From an uncultured Ardenticatenaceae bacterium (GTDB taxonomy: Bacteria; Chloroflexota; Anaerolineae; Promineifilales; Promineifilaceae), in NCBI GenBank assembly GCA_964398825.1, contig CAYNOL010000003.1, positions 1 through 58,350 of the forward strand: a stretch of DNA of 58,350 bases. The letters are read 5' to 3'. Position numbers and translations under genes: made by a program. Position 1 is the stretch's first letter. Each line of letters starts with the position of its first letter. The notes beneath the pieces were generated by a model. It ran no database searches, was not told the origin of the DNA, and saw only the letters and a program-made list of their open reading frames with translations. Shown here piece by piece: positions 47,446-57,787 of this stretch.

Positions 47446-48933
47446 ATGACCACCCATGACACCGAAAAAGAACCCAAGCCGGTGGAGAAGCCCGCCCCGC
47501 CCCCGGCCGACGTCATCAAGCAGACGCGCCACACCGTCACCATCAACGGCCGCGACATCGCCTACACCGCCACCACCGGCCGCATCATCCTGAAGGCCGA
47601 AGACGAGAAAGAAGGGGAGAAGCCGAAAGCGGCGATCTTTTTCGTCGCCTACACGGTGGATCGACCGGAAGGGATGTCGGAAGCCGACCACGCCGCCGCG
47701 CGGCCGATCACCTTCGCCTTCAACGGCGGGCCGGGCTCGTCGTCGGTCTGGCTGCACCTGGGGGTGCTGGGGCCACGGCGGGTCGTGATGGAGCAGGACG
47801 GCCAACCCTTGCCGCCCCCCTACCGGCTGGTCAACAACGAGTTCAGCCTGCTGGACAAAAGCGATCTGGTGTTCATCGACCCCGTCACCACCGGCTTCAG
47901 CCGCGCCGTGCCGGGGGAGAAGGATAAGCAGTTCCACAGCTTCAAGGGGGATATCAGCTCCGTCGGGGATTTCATCCGCCTCTACGTCTCCCGCTACCAC
48001 CGTTGGGGCTCGCCGCGCTACTTGCTGGGCGAGAGCTACGGCACCACCCGCGCCGCCGGTCTCTCCGGCTATCTGCAGGAGCGTCACGGACTGTATCTGA
48101 ACGGCATCGCCCTCGTCTCGTCGGTGCTCAACTTCCTGACTGTCCGCTTCATGCCCGGCAACGACCTGCCTTACATCCTGTTCCTGCCCACCTATGCGGC
48201 CACGGCATGGTACCACAAGCGGCTGGACGAGAGCTTGCAGAGAGATCTCGCCGATCTGCTGGCTGAGGTGGAGACATTCGCGCTGGGTGAGTACGCGGCG
48301 GCGCTGATGCGTGGCGACGAGCTGCCCGCCCGCGATCGGGAGCGCATCGCCGCGCAGGTGGCACGCTACACAGGGCTGTCGGCACAGTACGTCGAGGCCA
48401 CAAACCTGCGCGTCAACATCCACCGTTTCGTGAAGGAGCTGCTGCGCGACCAGCGGCGCACCGTCGGCCGTCTGGACAGCCGGTACAAGGGCATCGACCG
48501 CGACGCCGCCGGCGAGGGGCTGGAGTATGACCCGAGCTACGCCATCATCCAGGGGCCGTACTCCGGCACGCTCAACGACTACGTGCGGCGCGAGTTGGAG
48601 TTCGAGAGCGACCTGCCCTACGAAATCCTGACCGAGCGGGTGCACCCGTGGTCATTCGACGAGAACCAGAACAGCTTCCTCAACGTCGGCGAGACACTGC
48701 GCAAGGCGATGAGCATGAACCCCCACCTGCGCGTCTTCGTCGCCAACGGCTACTATGACCTGGCGACGCCCTACGCGGCGACGCAGTACACGATGAGCCA
48801 CCTGGAACTGGACGAGAGCTTGCGGAGCAACATCACGATGACCTACTACGAGGCGGGTCACATGATGTACATCCACGACCCGTCGCTGGCTCAGCTGAAA
48901 GCGGACCTGAGCGCGTTCATCGACGGGGGTTGA
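47446..48933 (+). CDS. Serine carboxypeptidase (S10)
   Basis: FNGGPGSSS, IDPVTTGFS, GESYG, GYYD, AGHM. Confidence 0.93.
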   Translation: MTTHDTEKEPKPVEKPAPPPADVIKQTRHTVTINGRDIAYTATTGRIILKAEDEKEGEKPKAAIFFVAYTVDRPEGMSEADHAAARPITFAFNGGPGSSSVWLHLGVLGPRRVVMEQDGQPLPPPYRLVNNEFSLLDKSDLVFIDPVTTGFSRAVPGEKDKQFHSFKGDISSVGDFIRLYVSRYHRWGSPRYLLGESYGTTRAAGLSGYLQERHGLYLNGIALVSSVLNFLTVRFMPGNDLPYILFLPTYAATAWYHKRLDESLQRDLADLLAEVETFALGEYAAALMRGDELPARDRERIAAQVARYTGLSAQYVEATNLRVNIHRFVKELLRDQRRTVGRLDSRYKGIDRDAAGEGLEYDPSYAIIQGPYSGTLNDYVRRELEFESDLPYEILTERVHPWSFDENQNSFLNVGETLRKAMSMNPHLRVFVANGYYDLATPYAATQYTMSHLELDESLRSNITMTYYEAGHMMYIHDPSLAQLKADLSAFIDGG

Positions 48934-48944
48934 GCGGCGGCCGC

Positions 48945-49733
48945 TCACAACCAGCCGCGCAAGCCGTAGACGATCAGGCCGATATACTCCTTCAGGACGC
49001 GGGTGGTGTAGGTCAGGTATTCGACGTTGGGCAGCAGGTTGACCAGCGTCGACGTGGGGCCGCCGCGCCACAGGTGTTGCCATTCGGCGTCGGAGACGAG
49101 GTAGTCGACCGGAGCGGGGATGACGCGCAGCCCCTGGGCCTCGAACAGCGGCAGCGAGCGAGGCATGTGCATGGCCGAGGTGACGAGCAGGATCTCGTCC
49201 ATGCCCGCCTCATCCAGCATCTGCCGGCTGTAGAGCGCGTTCTCATAGGTATTGCGCGACTCGGCTTCAAGCCACAGCGCATCGGCCGGCACGCCCAACA
49301 TGCCCATGAGCACCGACATGTCGTTGGCTTCGGGATCAATGCCCTCGGGCGTCAGCCAGTCGATGCTGCCGCCGGTGACCAAGACAACGGGGGCGGCGCC
49401 GTCGTGGTATAACTTAGCGCCATAGAGCAAGCGATCCCCGGCTTCGTTAATCTCGACGACAGGCCGGGGGAAGTCGCTGCCGCGCGTGCCGCCGCCGAGG
49501 ACGACGATGGCGTCGGCCGTCACCGCGCCCACGGGGGGCAGATAGCGCGTCTCCAGGCTGCGCACCAGCGCGTAGGCCACGTAGCGGCTGCTGCCCAGCC
49601 ACAGGATGATGAGGGCCACGACGACGGCCCACCGCCGCCCTCGCCGCCAGACCAGCGCCACGATCAACAGCAGCGCGATGAGGCCCAGAGGGAAGATGAA
49701 CAAGGGCAGGAATTTCGACAGGAAGACGAACAC
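48945..49733 (-). CDS. YdcF/DUF218 family membrane protein
   Basis: IVVLGGG, DRL, TGG, SRNTYENA, VTSAMHMPRS, KEYIG; GTG start. Confidence 0.88.
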   Translation of the reverse strand: MFVFLSKFLPLFIFPLGLIALLLIVALVWRRGRRWAVVVALIILWLGSSRYVAYALVRSLETRYLPPVGAVTADAIVVLGGGTRGSDFPRPVVEINEAGDRLLYGAKLYHDGAAPVVLVTGGSIDWLTPEGIDPEANDMSVLMGMLGVPADALWLEAESRNTYENALYSRQMLDEAGMDEILLVTSAMHMPRSLPLFEAQGLRVIPAPVDYLVSDAEWQHLWRGGPTSTLVNLLPNVEYLTYTTRVLKEYIGLIVYGLRGWL

Positions 49734-49818
49734 GCCCGACAGAATAGCAAAAAGGCGTGGGGCGGGCGAATCTCGGCCATGTCGCTGACGCGCGGGGCGC
49801 ATCCGGTATAATCTCCCC

Positions 49819-50697
49819 ATGAAAGTCGCCGTCCTGTCCGACATCCACGGCAACCTGCCCGCGCTTGAGGCCGTGATCAGCGACATCGACGCCTGGGGGC
49901 CGGACAGCGTCATCGTCGACGGCGACATCATCAACCGGGGGCCGATGTCGGGTGCGTGCCTCGACCTCATCACCGAGCGGCACGAACGGGACGGCTGGCA
50001 CATCCTGCGCGGCAACCACGAGGAGTTCGTTCTCGACTGCGCTGACCCCGACCAGCCCACACACGGCCCCGAGTTCGAAATGAAGCGGTTCGCCCATTTC
50101 GCGCTGGAACAGGTGGCGGCCAAAGTGGCATTCCTGTATGCCCTGCCCGACGTGTACGAGCACGCCGGGCCGGACGGCCAATTGCTGCGCGTCGCACATG
50201 CGTCTATGCGAAGCAACCGCGACGGCATCTACCCGATGACCCCCGACGATGAGCTACGCAAGCAGATCGCTCCCGCCCCGGCCGTCTTCGTCACCGCCCA
50301 CACCCACCGTCCGCTGGTGCGCCGCGTGGACGACACCCTGGTGGTCAACATCGGCTCGGTGGGCGCGCCGTTCGACCTCGACCGGCGGGCGGGCTACGGC
50401 CGCTTCACCTGGACGGACGGCGGTTGGGCGGCCGAGCTCGTGCGCGTCGAGTACGACTGCGCCCGAACGGAAGCGGATTACGTGCGCTCCGGCTTTCTGG
50501 AGGTGGGCGGGCCGCTGGCCCAGTTGATGCTGGTAGAGCTGCGCAAGGCGCGCGGGCTGATCCACCGCTGGGCGAGCCAGTATGAGGACGCCGTGCTGCG
50601 GGGACAGATGAGCCTCAATGACAGCGTGCGCCATGTGATGGCGGAGCGGGACGTGCGGCCGTTCACCGGGCCGCCGGGCTGGACAATAGAGGAGTGA
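49819..50697 (+). CDS. Metallophosphoesterase
   Basis: SDIHGN, GDIINRGP, RGNHE, HTH, NIGSVG. Confidence 0.92.
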   Translation: MKVAVLSDIHGNLPALEAVISDIDAWGPDSVIVDGDIINRGPMSGACLDLITERHERDGWHILRGNHEEFVLDCADPDQPTHGPEFEMKRFAHFALEQVAAKVAFLYALPDVYEHAGPDGQLLRVAHASMRSNRDGIYPMTPDDELRKQIAPAPAVFVTAHTHRPLVRRVDDTLVVNIGSVGAPFDLDRRAGYGRFTWTDGGWAAELVRVEYDCARTEADYVRSGFLEVGGPLAQLMLVELRKARGLIHRWASQYEDAVLRGQMSLNDSVRHVMAERDVRPFTGPPGWTIEE

Positions 50698-50835
50698 ACG
50701 CCGCGCACGGTCATTTGCGTGCCACCTTGGCCGATCAGCGTTACAGTAGGCCCCCGTCGCCGGCGGGCGGCGCGGGTGGGGCCCGTTTCATCCGTGGGAT
50801 GTCGGGCAGACGTGTTCATCATCAGGAGAGGGATT

Positions 50836-52626
50836 ATGACCGCCAGTAACAAAGACCTAATCATCGACAGATTCATGCAGCACCGGCGCATCCGCCCGGC
50901 CGCGCCGGCGTATTACGAGAAGATCGGCCAGACATGGGCGCCGATCACGTGGGAGGAGTACACGGCGCAGGTGCGGGCGGCCGCGCGGGGGATGATCGCC
51001 CTGGGCGTGGAGCCGGGCGACGTCGTCTGCATGCTGGGCTTTAACCGGGCGGAGTGGGTCATCGGCCAGCTGGCGGCGATGATGATCGGCGCGGTGGGGG
51101 CGGGCATCTACACCACCAACAGCCCCAGCGAGGTGCAGTACATCCTCAATCACTCGGAGGCACCGCTGGTCATTCTGGAGAACGAGGCGCAATGGGCCAA
51201 GGTCAACGAAGTGCGGAAACAGCTGTCCCACCTGCGCTGTGCCGTCCTGATGCGCGGCGCGGCCGTCGATGACCCCATGGCGCTGACGTGGGACGCGTTC
51301 ATGAAAAAGGCCCATGATGTGGCCGAGGACGAGGTAGACGCGCGCATGGCGGCCATCGACGGCGAGAGCCTGGCCAGCCTCATCTACACCTCGGGCACGA
51401 CAGGGCCGCCCAAGGCGGTGATGCTGTCACACGACAACCTGGCCTCGACGGCGCGCAACGGGCAAGCGCTGTTCCAGTTGACGCCCAACGAGGTGCTGCT
51501 CTCCTACCTGCCGCTGTCCCACATCGCCGAGCAGATGTTCACGATCCACACCGGGGCGACCGTCGGCTACAGCGTCTACTTCGCCGAATCGCTGACTCAG
51601 TTGCCCGACAATCTGCGCGAGGTGCAGCCGACGATCTTCTTCGGCGTGCCCGGCGTCTGGGAGCGCTTCCGCAATCGGGTGGCCGAACGGCTGGACGAAG
51701 CCCACGGCCCACGACGGAAGATCGCCGATTGGGCGCAGGGCGTCGGCCGCCGCGTCGTCGAGGCGCGCAACCGGGGCGAGGAGCCGTCGGGCGCGTTGGC
51801 GGCGCAATACCGGCTGGCCGACAAGCTTGTCTTCTCGAAGGTCAAACCGCTGCTCGGCTTCAGCCGCACGCGCGTGGCCGTCTCCGGCGCAGCGGCCATT
51901 GACCAGTCGATCCTGGAGTTCTTCAGCGGGCTGGACGTGACGATCTATGAGGTGTACGGCCAATCCGAGGGGTGCGGGCCGACGACGTTCAACCGGCCGG
52001 GGGCCACCAAGTTCGGCACGACGGGGCAGGCGTGGCCCGGCAGTGAGGTGAAGCTGGGCGACGCCGGGGAGATCCTGATGCGCGGACCCAACGTCTTCCT
52101 GGGCTACTACAAAGACGAGGCGGCTACGCGGGACACGCTGATCGACGGCTGGCTCCACTCCGGCGATCTGGGGCGCTTCGATGAGGACGGCTTCCTGAGC
52201 ATCGTCGGCCGCAAGAAGGACATCATCATCACTTCGGGCGGCAAAAACATCGCCCCACGCAATATCGAGTCGTCGTTGAAGAACCTCGAATTGGTGGGCG
52301 ACGCCGTGCTGGTGGGCGAGGGACGCAAATATCTGTGCGCGCTGCTGACGCTGGATCCTGAGGCGGCCGTGCGCTTCGCCGAAGAGAACCAGCTAGTCGG
52401 GCAAGAGCTCCACAGCCACCCGAAGGTGATCGCCGCCATTCAGGCCCAGATCGATGAGAACGTCAACCCGCAGTTCGCGCGGGTGGAGCAAGTGCGCAAG
52501 TTCACCATCCTGCCCCGGCCGTTCAGCATCGAAAGCGGCGAGATGACGCCGACGCTGAAGCTGAAGCGAAAGGCGATCTGCGACATGAACCTCGAGGCGA
52601 TCGAGGCCATGTATGGGGAAGAATAA
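50836..52626 (+). CDS. Long-chain fatty acid-CoA ligase
   Basis: YTSGTTGPPK, YLPLSHIAE, YGQSE, SGDLG, GRKKD, TPTLKLKR. Confidence 0.93.
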   Translation: MTASNKDLIIDRFMQHRRIRPAAPAYYEKIGQTWAPITWEEYTAQVRAAARGMIALGVEPGDVVCMLGFNRAEWVIGQLAAMMIGAVGAGIYTTNSPSEVQYILNHSEAPLVILENEAQWAKVNEVRKQLSHLRCAVLMRGAAVDDPMALTWDAFMKKAHDVAEDEVDARMAAIDGESLASLIYTSGTTGPPKAVMLSHDNLASTARNGQALFQLTPNEVLLSYLPLSHIAEQMFTIHTGATVGYSVYFAESLTQLPDNLREVQPTIFFGVPGVWERFRNRVAERLDEAHGPRRKIADWAQGVGRRVVEARNRGEEPSGALAAQYRLADKLVFSKVKPLLGFSRTRVAVSGAAAIDQSILEFFSGLDVTIYEVYGQSEGCGPTTFNRPGATKFGTTGQAWPGSEVKLGDAGEILMRGPNVFLGYYKDEAATRDTLIDGWLHSGDLGRFDEDGFLSIVGRKKDIIITSGGKNIAPRNIESSLKNLELVGDAVLVGEGRKYLCALLTLDPEAAVRFAEENQLVGQELHSHPKVIAAIQAQIDENVNPQFARVEQVRKFTILPRPFSIESGEMTPTLKLKRKAICDMNLEAIEAMYGEE

Positions 52627-52718
52627 TCAAACACGGATGGGACACGGACAAGACGGATTTTTCGGATAAGAAGGAATCCGTCTTATCCGTAAAATCCGTG
52701 TCCTATCCGTGTCTGATT
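52625..52718. repeat. ACGGAT-type palindromic repeat, subtype A
   Basis: AATCAAACACGGATGGGACACGGA...TCCGTGTCCTATCCGTGTCTGATT filling a convergent intergenic gap. Confidence 0.9.
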
Positions 52719-52720
52719 TC

Positions 52721-53287
52721 TTAATCCCCCTGTATCTTCGAAAAGATGTGAGTGTCGCGGAGTTGGCCGAAGTGGTCTCGGGCTTCGTGATGCAGGGTGC
52801 CTTCGAGCGTGTAGCCGGCGCGACGGGCCACGGCCGCGCTGCGCTCGTTCTTGACGTCACACCGAATCTCGACTCGCCTGGCCTTCAGCGTGTCAAGGGC
52901 GAAGGCGGTGATGCCGTTGACCGCCTCGGTGATGTACCCTCGCCCCGTGTAGCTGGTGCGCACCCAATAACCGATCTCGAACTTGGGCACGCTCCAGTCG
53001 ATGCGGTGCAGCCCGCTGCCGCCGATAATGACATCTTCCCCCTTCAGGATGAGCATCATCCACAAATCCTCGCGCGCGAGGAATTTGAGCCGCCCCTCGC
53101 GCACGCGAACCTCGTACTGCTGCTCGCTGGGAATGTCGATGGCCCAGGGCATCCATGGGATGAGCGCCTGCTGTGACTCAACGACGGCCGCTCGCACGCC
53201 AACCCCGTCTCCCGGCAGAGGGCCACGAATGATCAGCCGCTCCGTCTCAAAGCTGTAGGGAAAGTCGATCAGAATCGGGTTTTCCAT
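52721..53287 (-). CDS. RimJ/RimL-type GNAT acetyltransferase
   Basis: ETERL, WMPW, EIGYW, GRGYITEA, N.RS...RAGY..EG. Confidence 0.9.
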   Translation of the reverse strand: MENPILIDFPYSFETERLIIRGPLPGDGVGVRAAVVESQQALIPWMPWAIDIPSEQQYEVRVREGRLKFLAREDLWMMLILKGEDVIIGGSGLHRIDWSVPKFEIGYWVRTSYTGRGYITEAVNGITAFALDTLKARRVEIRCDVKNERSAAVARRAGYTLEGTLHHEARDHFGQLRDTHIFSKIQGD

Positions 53288-53317
53288 TGTCCGCGCCTCC
53301 TGTGTCTGCGTCTCCTG

Positions 53318-55156
53318 CTATTGCTGCGGCCAGGTAACCCCGCCCCAGATCGTCGGGAAGTAGTTGCGATAGGGCATGTCGGGCAATTCGTGGCTCTCTT
53401 TCTCAATCAGGATGACCGGCGACCCGCCGATCGGGTAGATAGCGTTGAGCTGCTCGCCCGGGAACGGGTTGCGATTGGTGGCCGGCGGCAGCTCGATGGT
53501 GTAGTGGCCGTTGACGGCGGCGATAACTTGAATCCGGCCGTCGGGGTAGACGAGCGAAGCGCGGCCGTCGGGGCTGGTGGCGTCAATGATCGCCGTCTCC
53601 TGCCGGTCACACAGCGTCCACATGCCGACGATGCGCTCGCTCGTTTCCTCGCGGTAGAAGGCTACCCACTCCTGAGGCGGCTGCATGGTGAGCCCGCCGC
53701 CGGTCGTCTGCATGCGGCAGACGTTGGGCTCGCCGACGCGCTGCCGCCAGTGCGGACGCACACCCCACAGGTGAGTGTTCAGCGTCTGGAAGGCGGCCGC
53801 CGTCGGCCGCGGCGATCCCGGCTGGGGATGCTGGGTGAAGCAGCTCATGTCAGTAGGATTGCGGAACAGGCCATTGGCGTCGCCGGCGCACGGCTTGCCG
53901 TTATACAGGCCGTCGTCATCGCACAGTTCGCTGTTGTGGGGCGGGAAGTCGGTGCCGGCCGGCTGGTTGCCGCAGCCGTCATAGAGCTGGAAGTGGAAGA
54001 TGTTGTCCGCCCCGGCAAAGGTGGCATAAAACGCCGACTGGATGATGTAGGCGGCCTGCTCCGTCATCGTCGCCCGCAGCGCGCTCATCGGGTCCCACAC
54101 CGGCCCGGGGTAGTCGTCCCAGGCGGGCACACCGGACTCATTGAGCCAGATCGGTTTGTCTAGCCCATGCTCCTTCATCGCCGCCCCGGCCCGGTAGACG
54201 TGGTACCACGATTTCCAGGCGTGGAAGTAGCTGTGGGTGGCCAGGATGTCGTGGAAGAAGCCGTGTTCGGCCGCCATTGGATCGCCGGCAAACACGTTGA
54301 GCACGTCGCGGTAGAAGTTGGGTTTCTGGTGGTTTTCCAGTCCGGCAAACAGCACTTGCGCGTTCGGATCCGCTTGCTTGGCTGTCAGATATCCTACCTT
54401 AAGAAGACGTGCATAATCCTCCAGCGGCGAGTCCCAGAAGCTATCGAAGTCTGATTCGTTCCACATCTCCCAATGGGTGATGCCCACGCCGTCGGGCCAG
54501 CCGTGGGCCTGGGCCAGCTCGCCGCCCGGCTTGTAACGGTTGACCGCCAGCCAGACGAAGTTGGCCCAGCGGTTGTCGGGGTTGGGCGTCTTGCCCGGGC
54601 CGGGGACGTCACTGCCGTCGCTGAAGACGGGCTCATAGAGGCCCAGCGGCGTCGCCCGCTCCGGCGAATCGAGCTCGAGCACCCCCGGGCGCGGGCGCGG
54701 CGGCCGGCTCATGCGCACGCTGTCGCCGGTGGTGTAGAAGCCGGGCGTGCCCAGCAAAATGGCGTTGATCTTCAGCCCGTGGGCGATGTCGTCCAGCGCG
54801 GTGGCGTCCTGCATCGCCCAATCGAAGTAGCCGGGGGTCTGCTCGATGTTGAACCAGTAGAGCGGCCAGCGGTTCCACGACGCGCCGGTGGAGAGGCCGT
54901 TGGCGTACTGTTGACTGATGGACTCGGGCGTGCGGCCGCTGCCGGGGTGGCGGTCCTCGGCCGAGCTGATGAAGACGACGCCATACTCGGGGGAGTGGGC
55001 GGCCGTCGTCTGTCGTCCCTCATCGGCGCGGCCGCGCTGGGCCCATACCGAAAGGACGATGACCTGACTTGCCAGCAGGGCCAGGGTGAGTGCCAATCGA
55101 AAGGTGGCGGACAGACCGCTGCGCGGTTGTGAATGGTGTTGATCGCTCACTTTCAT
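53318..55156 (-). CDS. Secreted clan GH-A-like glycoside hydrolase
   Basis: Signal-like helix, WEMWNE, HSY, IWLNESG; C-terminal NYFPTI motif. Confidence 0.7.
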   Translation of the reverse strand: MKVSDQHHSQPRSGLSATFRLALTLALLASQVIVLSVWAQRGRADEGRQTTAAHSPEYGVVFISSAEDRHPGSGRTPESISQQYANGLSTGASWNRWPLYWFNIEQTPGYFDWAMQDATALDDIAHGLKINAILLGTPGFYTTGDSVRMSRPPRPRPGVLELDSPERATPLGLYEPVFSDGSDVPGPGKTPNPDNRWANFVWLAVNRYKPGGELAQAHGWPDGVGITHWEMWNESDFDSFWDSPLEDYARLLKVGYLTAKQADPNAQVLFAGLENHQKPNFYRDVLNVFAGDPMAAEHGFFHDILATHSYFHAWKSWYHVYRAGAAMKEHGLDKPIWLNESGVPAWDDYPGPVWDPMSALRATMTEQAAYIIQSAFYATFAGADNIFHFQLYDGCGNQPAGTDFPPHNSELCDDDGLYNGKPCAGDANGLFRNPTDMSCFTQHPQPGSPRPTAAAFQTLNTHLWGVRPHWRQRVGEPNVCRMQTTGGGLTMQPPQEWVAFYREETSERIVGMWTLCDRQETAIIDATSPDGRASLVYPDGRIQVIAAVNGHYTIELPPATNRNPFPGEQLNAIYPIGGSPVILIEKESHELPDMPYRNYFPTIWGGVTWPQQ

Positions 55157-55344
55157 ATCCTCCGGGCGTGATTGTATCGCGCGGGCACGAACAGCCCACA
55201 GGGGGACTGTGTGGGGCCGGGCAGATTTAATGAGCGTTAAGCGGGCGCGGGGGTTGTGGCGACGCGCCGCCGGCGCAGAGGCCGGCGGCGCGCGTTTTAA
55301 TTTAGCCGGCTGCGCATTATCGCAGGCCGGACCGAAGTGACGGC

Positions 55345-56532
55345 TTAGTTGGTACTAGTCAGAGTGCCGATCGGCACGCCGAGGCGGACGTACCGGGCTG
55401 CTACCCAGCCGGTTTGGCCGTTGGCGGTGATGATCTGCACCCAGCTGCTGTCAGCATTGCGGAAGCCGGACGCGGGCACGATCTGGCAGGGGGACAGCGT
55501 GCCCATGGTCTCGAACTGGGTGCTGGGGCCACGCCGAATGTTGAGCGCAGTGGTGGCGGTGGATTGGGCCTGCATGCCCGACGGCGCGGTCGTACAGGCG
55601 GACGGCGCACCGCCCCCGCCTGTGCCGCCACCCAAGCCGGGCAGCACGGTGAGCAGGCCGCCGGTGATCGTGATCAGGTCGGCGCGCATGTTGGCCGGGC
55701 CGGTGACATCGAAGTATTCAATGCGCACCTCGACTGTGCCGCCCTGCCAGAAGAAGTCAACCGCCTGGGTGTTTGTGGCCTGGGTGCGCCAATTGTCGAC
55801 GACAAGTTGATTGTTGATGAACAAGCGCGAGCCGTCGTCGCTGGAAAGGATGATGCGGTATTGGCCTGGCAACGCGGAAACCTGGCGCGACCAGCGGGCC
55901 GACCAGAAGTCAGCGTTGACTCCCGGGCCGGGCGAGCCAAGCCCCCAATCCCGGCTGATAACGGCCTCATCGCGGATGAGGACGGGCGAGCCGGACAGGG
56001 TCATATTATTGAAGTACTCGGCGCGCCAGTTGGGGAAGAATTGGCCGCCGCCACCGCCGGGGCCGATCTGCTGCCAGTTGAAGCGGGCCACGGCATAACC
56101 GCCCGCCTCGAAGTAGTCGATGCGGATGTCGTGGTTGCCGTTCATGAAGCGGTCGAAGGTCCGCGTGTGCTCCTGGCTGGGGTTCCAGGCATCGACAACC
56201 AGTTGATTATCGATCCAGATGCGCATCCCGTCGTCCATAGTGGCGAAGAAGCGATAGGTGCCGGCCGGGAAGTTGACGGTCCGCGTCCAGCGCGCGGAGA
56301 AGTTGTCGTCGTTGATGCGCGGGTCGGGCGAACCGCCGAACCAGTTGAAATCGATCGTGTTCTCCCAACGCACCATGGCCACCGGGCCATTCAGGTTGCG
56401 ATTGTTCCAAAATTCGCCCAGCCATTGGGTATCCTGGGCCTGGACGGGTTCGCCCCCGCCGAAAGCCAACAACAAGACCGCCAGAAAAAAGGCAGCGACG
56501 GCCCATGCGGAACGCGGAAAGGAACGGCTCAT
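55345..56532 (-). CDS. Secreted PA14-PA14-SH3b protein
   Basis: Signal peptide (AQD), two repeats of IDFNW...D.FSARW...DDG.R...D.W, C-terminal LNIRRGPST...WVQI...GWVA. Confidence 0.88.
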   Translation of the reverse strand: MSRSFPRSAWAVAAFFLAVLLLAFGGGEPVQAQDTQWLGEFWNNRNLNGPVAMVRWENTIDFNWFGGSPDPRINDDNFSARWTRTVNFPAGTYRFFATMDDGMRIWIDNQLVVDAWNPSQEHTRTFDRFMNGNHDIRIDYFEAGGYAVARFNWQQIGPGGGGGQFFPNWRAEYFNNMTLSGSPVLIRDEAVISRDWGLGSPGPGVNADFWSARWSRQVSALPGQYRIILSSDDGSRLFINNQLVVDNWRTQATNTQAVDFFWQGGTVEVRIEYFDVTGPANMRADLITITGGLLTVLPGLGGGTGGGGAPSACTTAPSGMQAQSTATTALNIRRGPSTQFETMGTLSPCQIVPASGFRNADSSWVQIITANGQTGWVAARYVRLGVPIGTLTSTN

Positions 56533-56710
56533 TTGTGTCATCTCCTTGCTAAAGTCCGACAAAGCGGCTGACGGCAAAAAGGCAGCAATATCTCTATCGC
56601 CGTCAGACAACATACATAATAGTATGCACTGGCGGTCGCGTCAATTAGAGAGTAAATCCGGTGGTCATAATGGGCGCAAGAATTTTTCCTATGGTAAGAT
56701 TGGGGGCGTA

Positions 56711-57433
56711 ATGTCCGCATTCGAAGCCCCCTACGAAGCCCTTGCCAACAGCGCGCTCCTGAAGAACCTATCGGCCGAGGAATGCCGTAACATCGTCGCC
56801 GCCGGTCGCATCTATGAAGTGGTCCCGGGCGAATTCTTCTTCCATCAGGGAGAGGATTCGACAATGCTCTACATCATCCTGTCGGGGCGGGTCAAGTTGC
56901 CGCAGATCACCCCCGACGGCAATCAGGTCATCGTCGATTACTTCGGCCCCGGCGAGGGGCTGGGCATCGTCATGGCGCTGAACGAGCTGCCCTACCCGCT
57001 CTCGGCCGAGGCGATTGAGCCGTGCACGGCCGTCGGCTGGTCACGGGAGACGATGCTGGCGCTGATGAAGGACAACGCGCAGCTGGCGATCAACGGCATG
57101 AACATGGTGGGGCGGCGGTTCACGCAGATGCAAAACCGTTTCCAGGAGCTGGCGACGCAGCGGGTGGAGCAGCGCGTGGCGCGGGCGCTGGTGAGGCTGG
57201 TGCGGCAGTTCGGCCGCCGCACGGCCGACGGTGTCATCATCGACATCTCCATCAGCCGCGAAGATTTGGCGCAGATGACCGGCACCAACCTCTATAACGT
57301 CAGTCGTATTCTGAGCAAGTGGGAAAGCGGCGGCTACATCGCCACCGGCCGCAAGCAGGTGACGCTGCTGAAAGTGCACGATATCGTTGTCATGGCTGAG
57401 GACATCCCCCCGCCCAGTGGGGAAAAATCGTAG
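56711..57433 (+). CDS. Crp/Fnr family regulator, NnrR/DNR-like
   Basis: cNMP fold (F.QGE, SGRVKL), VEQRVARAL, SREDLAQMTGTNLYNVSR; no FNR cysteine cluster. Confidence 0.88.
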   Translation: MSAFEAPYEALANSALLKNLSAEECRNIVAAGRIYEVVPGEFFFHQGEDSTMLYIILSGRVKLPQITPDGNQVIVDYFGPGEGLGIVMALNELPYPLSAEAIEPCTAVGWSRETMLALMKDNAQLAINGMNMVGRRFTQMQNRFQELATQRVEQRVARALVRLVRQFGRRTADGVIIDISISREDLAQMTGTNLYNVSRILSKWESGGYIATGRKQVTLLKVHDIVVMAEDIPPPSGEKS

Positions 57434-57557
57434 CTCCCCGCCCCGCGGCCCTAACCCAGAGGCGATCCCAGAGGCTCCACCCCCCGGCTCCGTCCCTACC
57501 GCAAATAACCTCCCGGCATCAATCTATCGCCCAAGTTTAGGCATAACTCGTCGCTTG

Positions 57558-57577
57558 TCTTTGCAATAATGCAAAGA
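57558..57577. promoter_or_regulatory. NnrR-type palindromic operator upstream of nosZ
   Basis: TCTTTGCA-ATAA-TGCAAAGA with perfect 8-bp arms and a TTG-N8-CAA core. Confidence 0.75.
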
Positions 57578-57787
57578 ACTCGACTTCTTTTTCCCGTATC
57601 CTGTCGTCATTGCTTATTCTATCAATTGGATCGCGCCCCTTTAAAAAGACCCAAGAATTGAAAACGGAACCGCACGGATCCCACGGGCGGTAGGAGCTGA
57701 CAAGCAGTTCTTACTTTCCGCGCGACATCCGCGTTTAATTCATTGTTTCCCAAGGGGGGAGCGCGAACACAGGAGAAACGGAAGATA

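Noticed and set aside
48945-50228. 427-aa extended YdcF ORF (also extended lepA, hoxY, hoxE and Crp ORFs)
   Set aside because: The extensions overlap neighbouring genes or promoters; downstream starts fit the motifs better.
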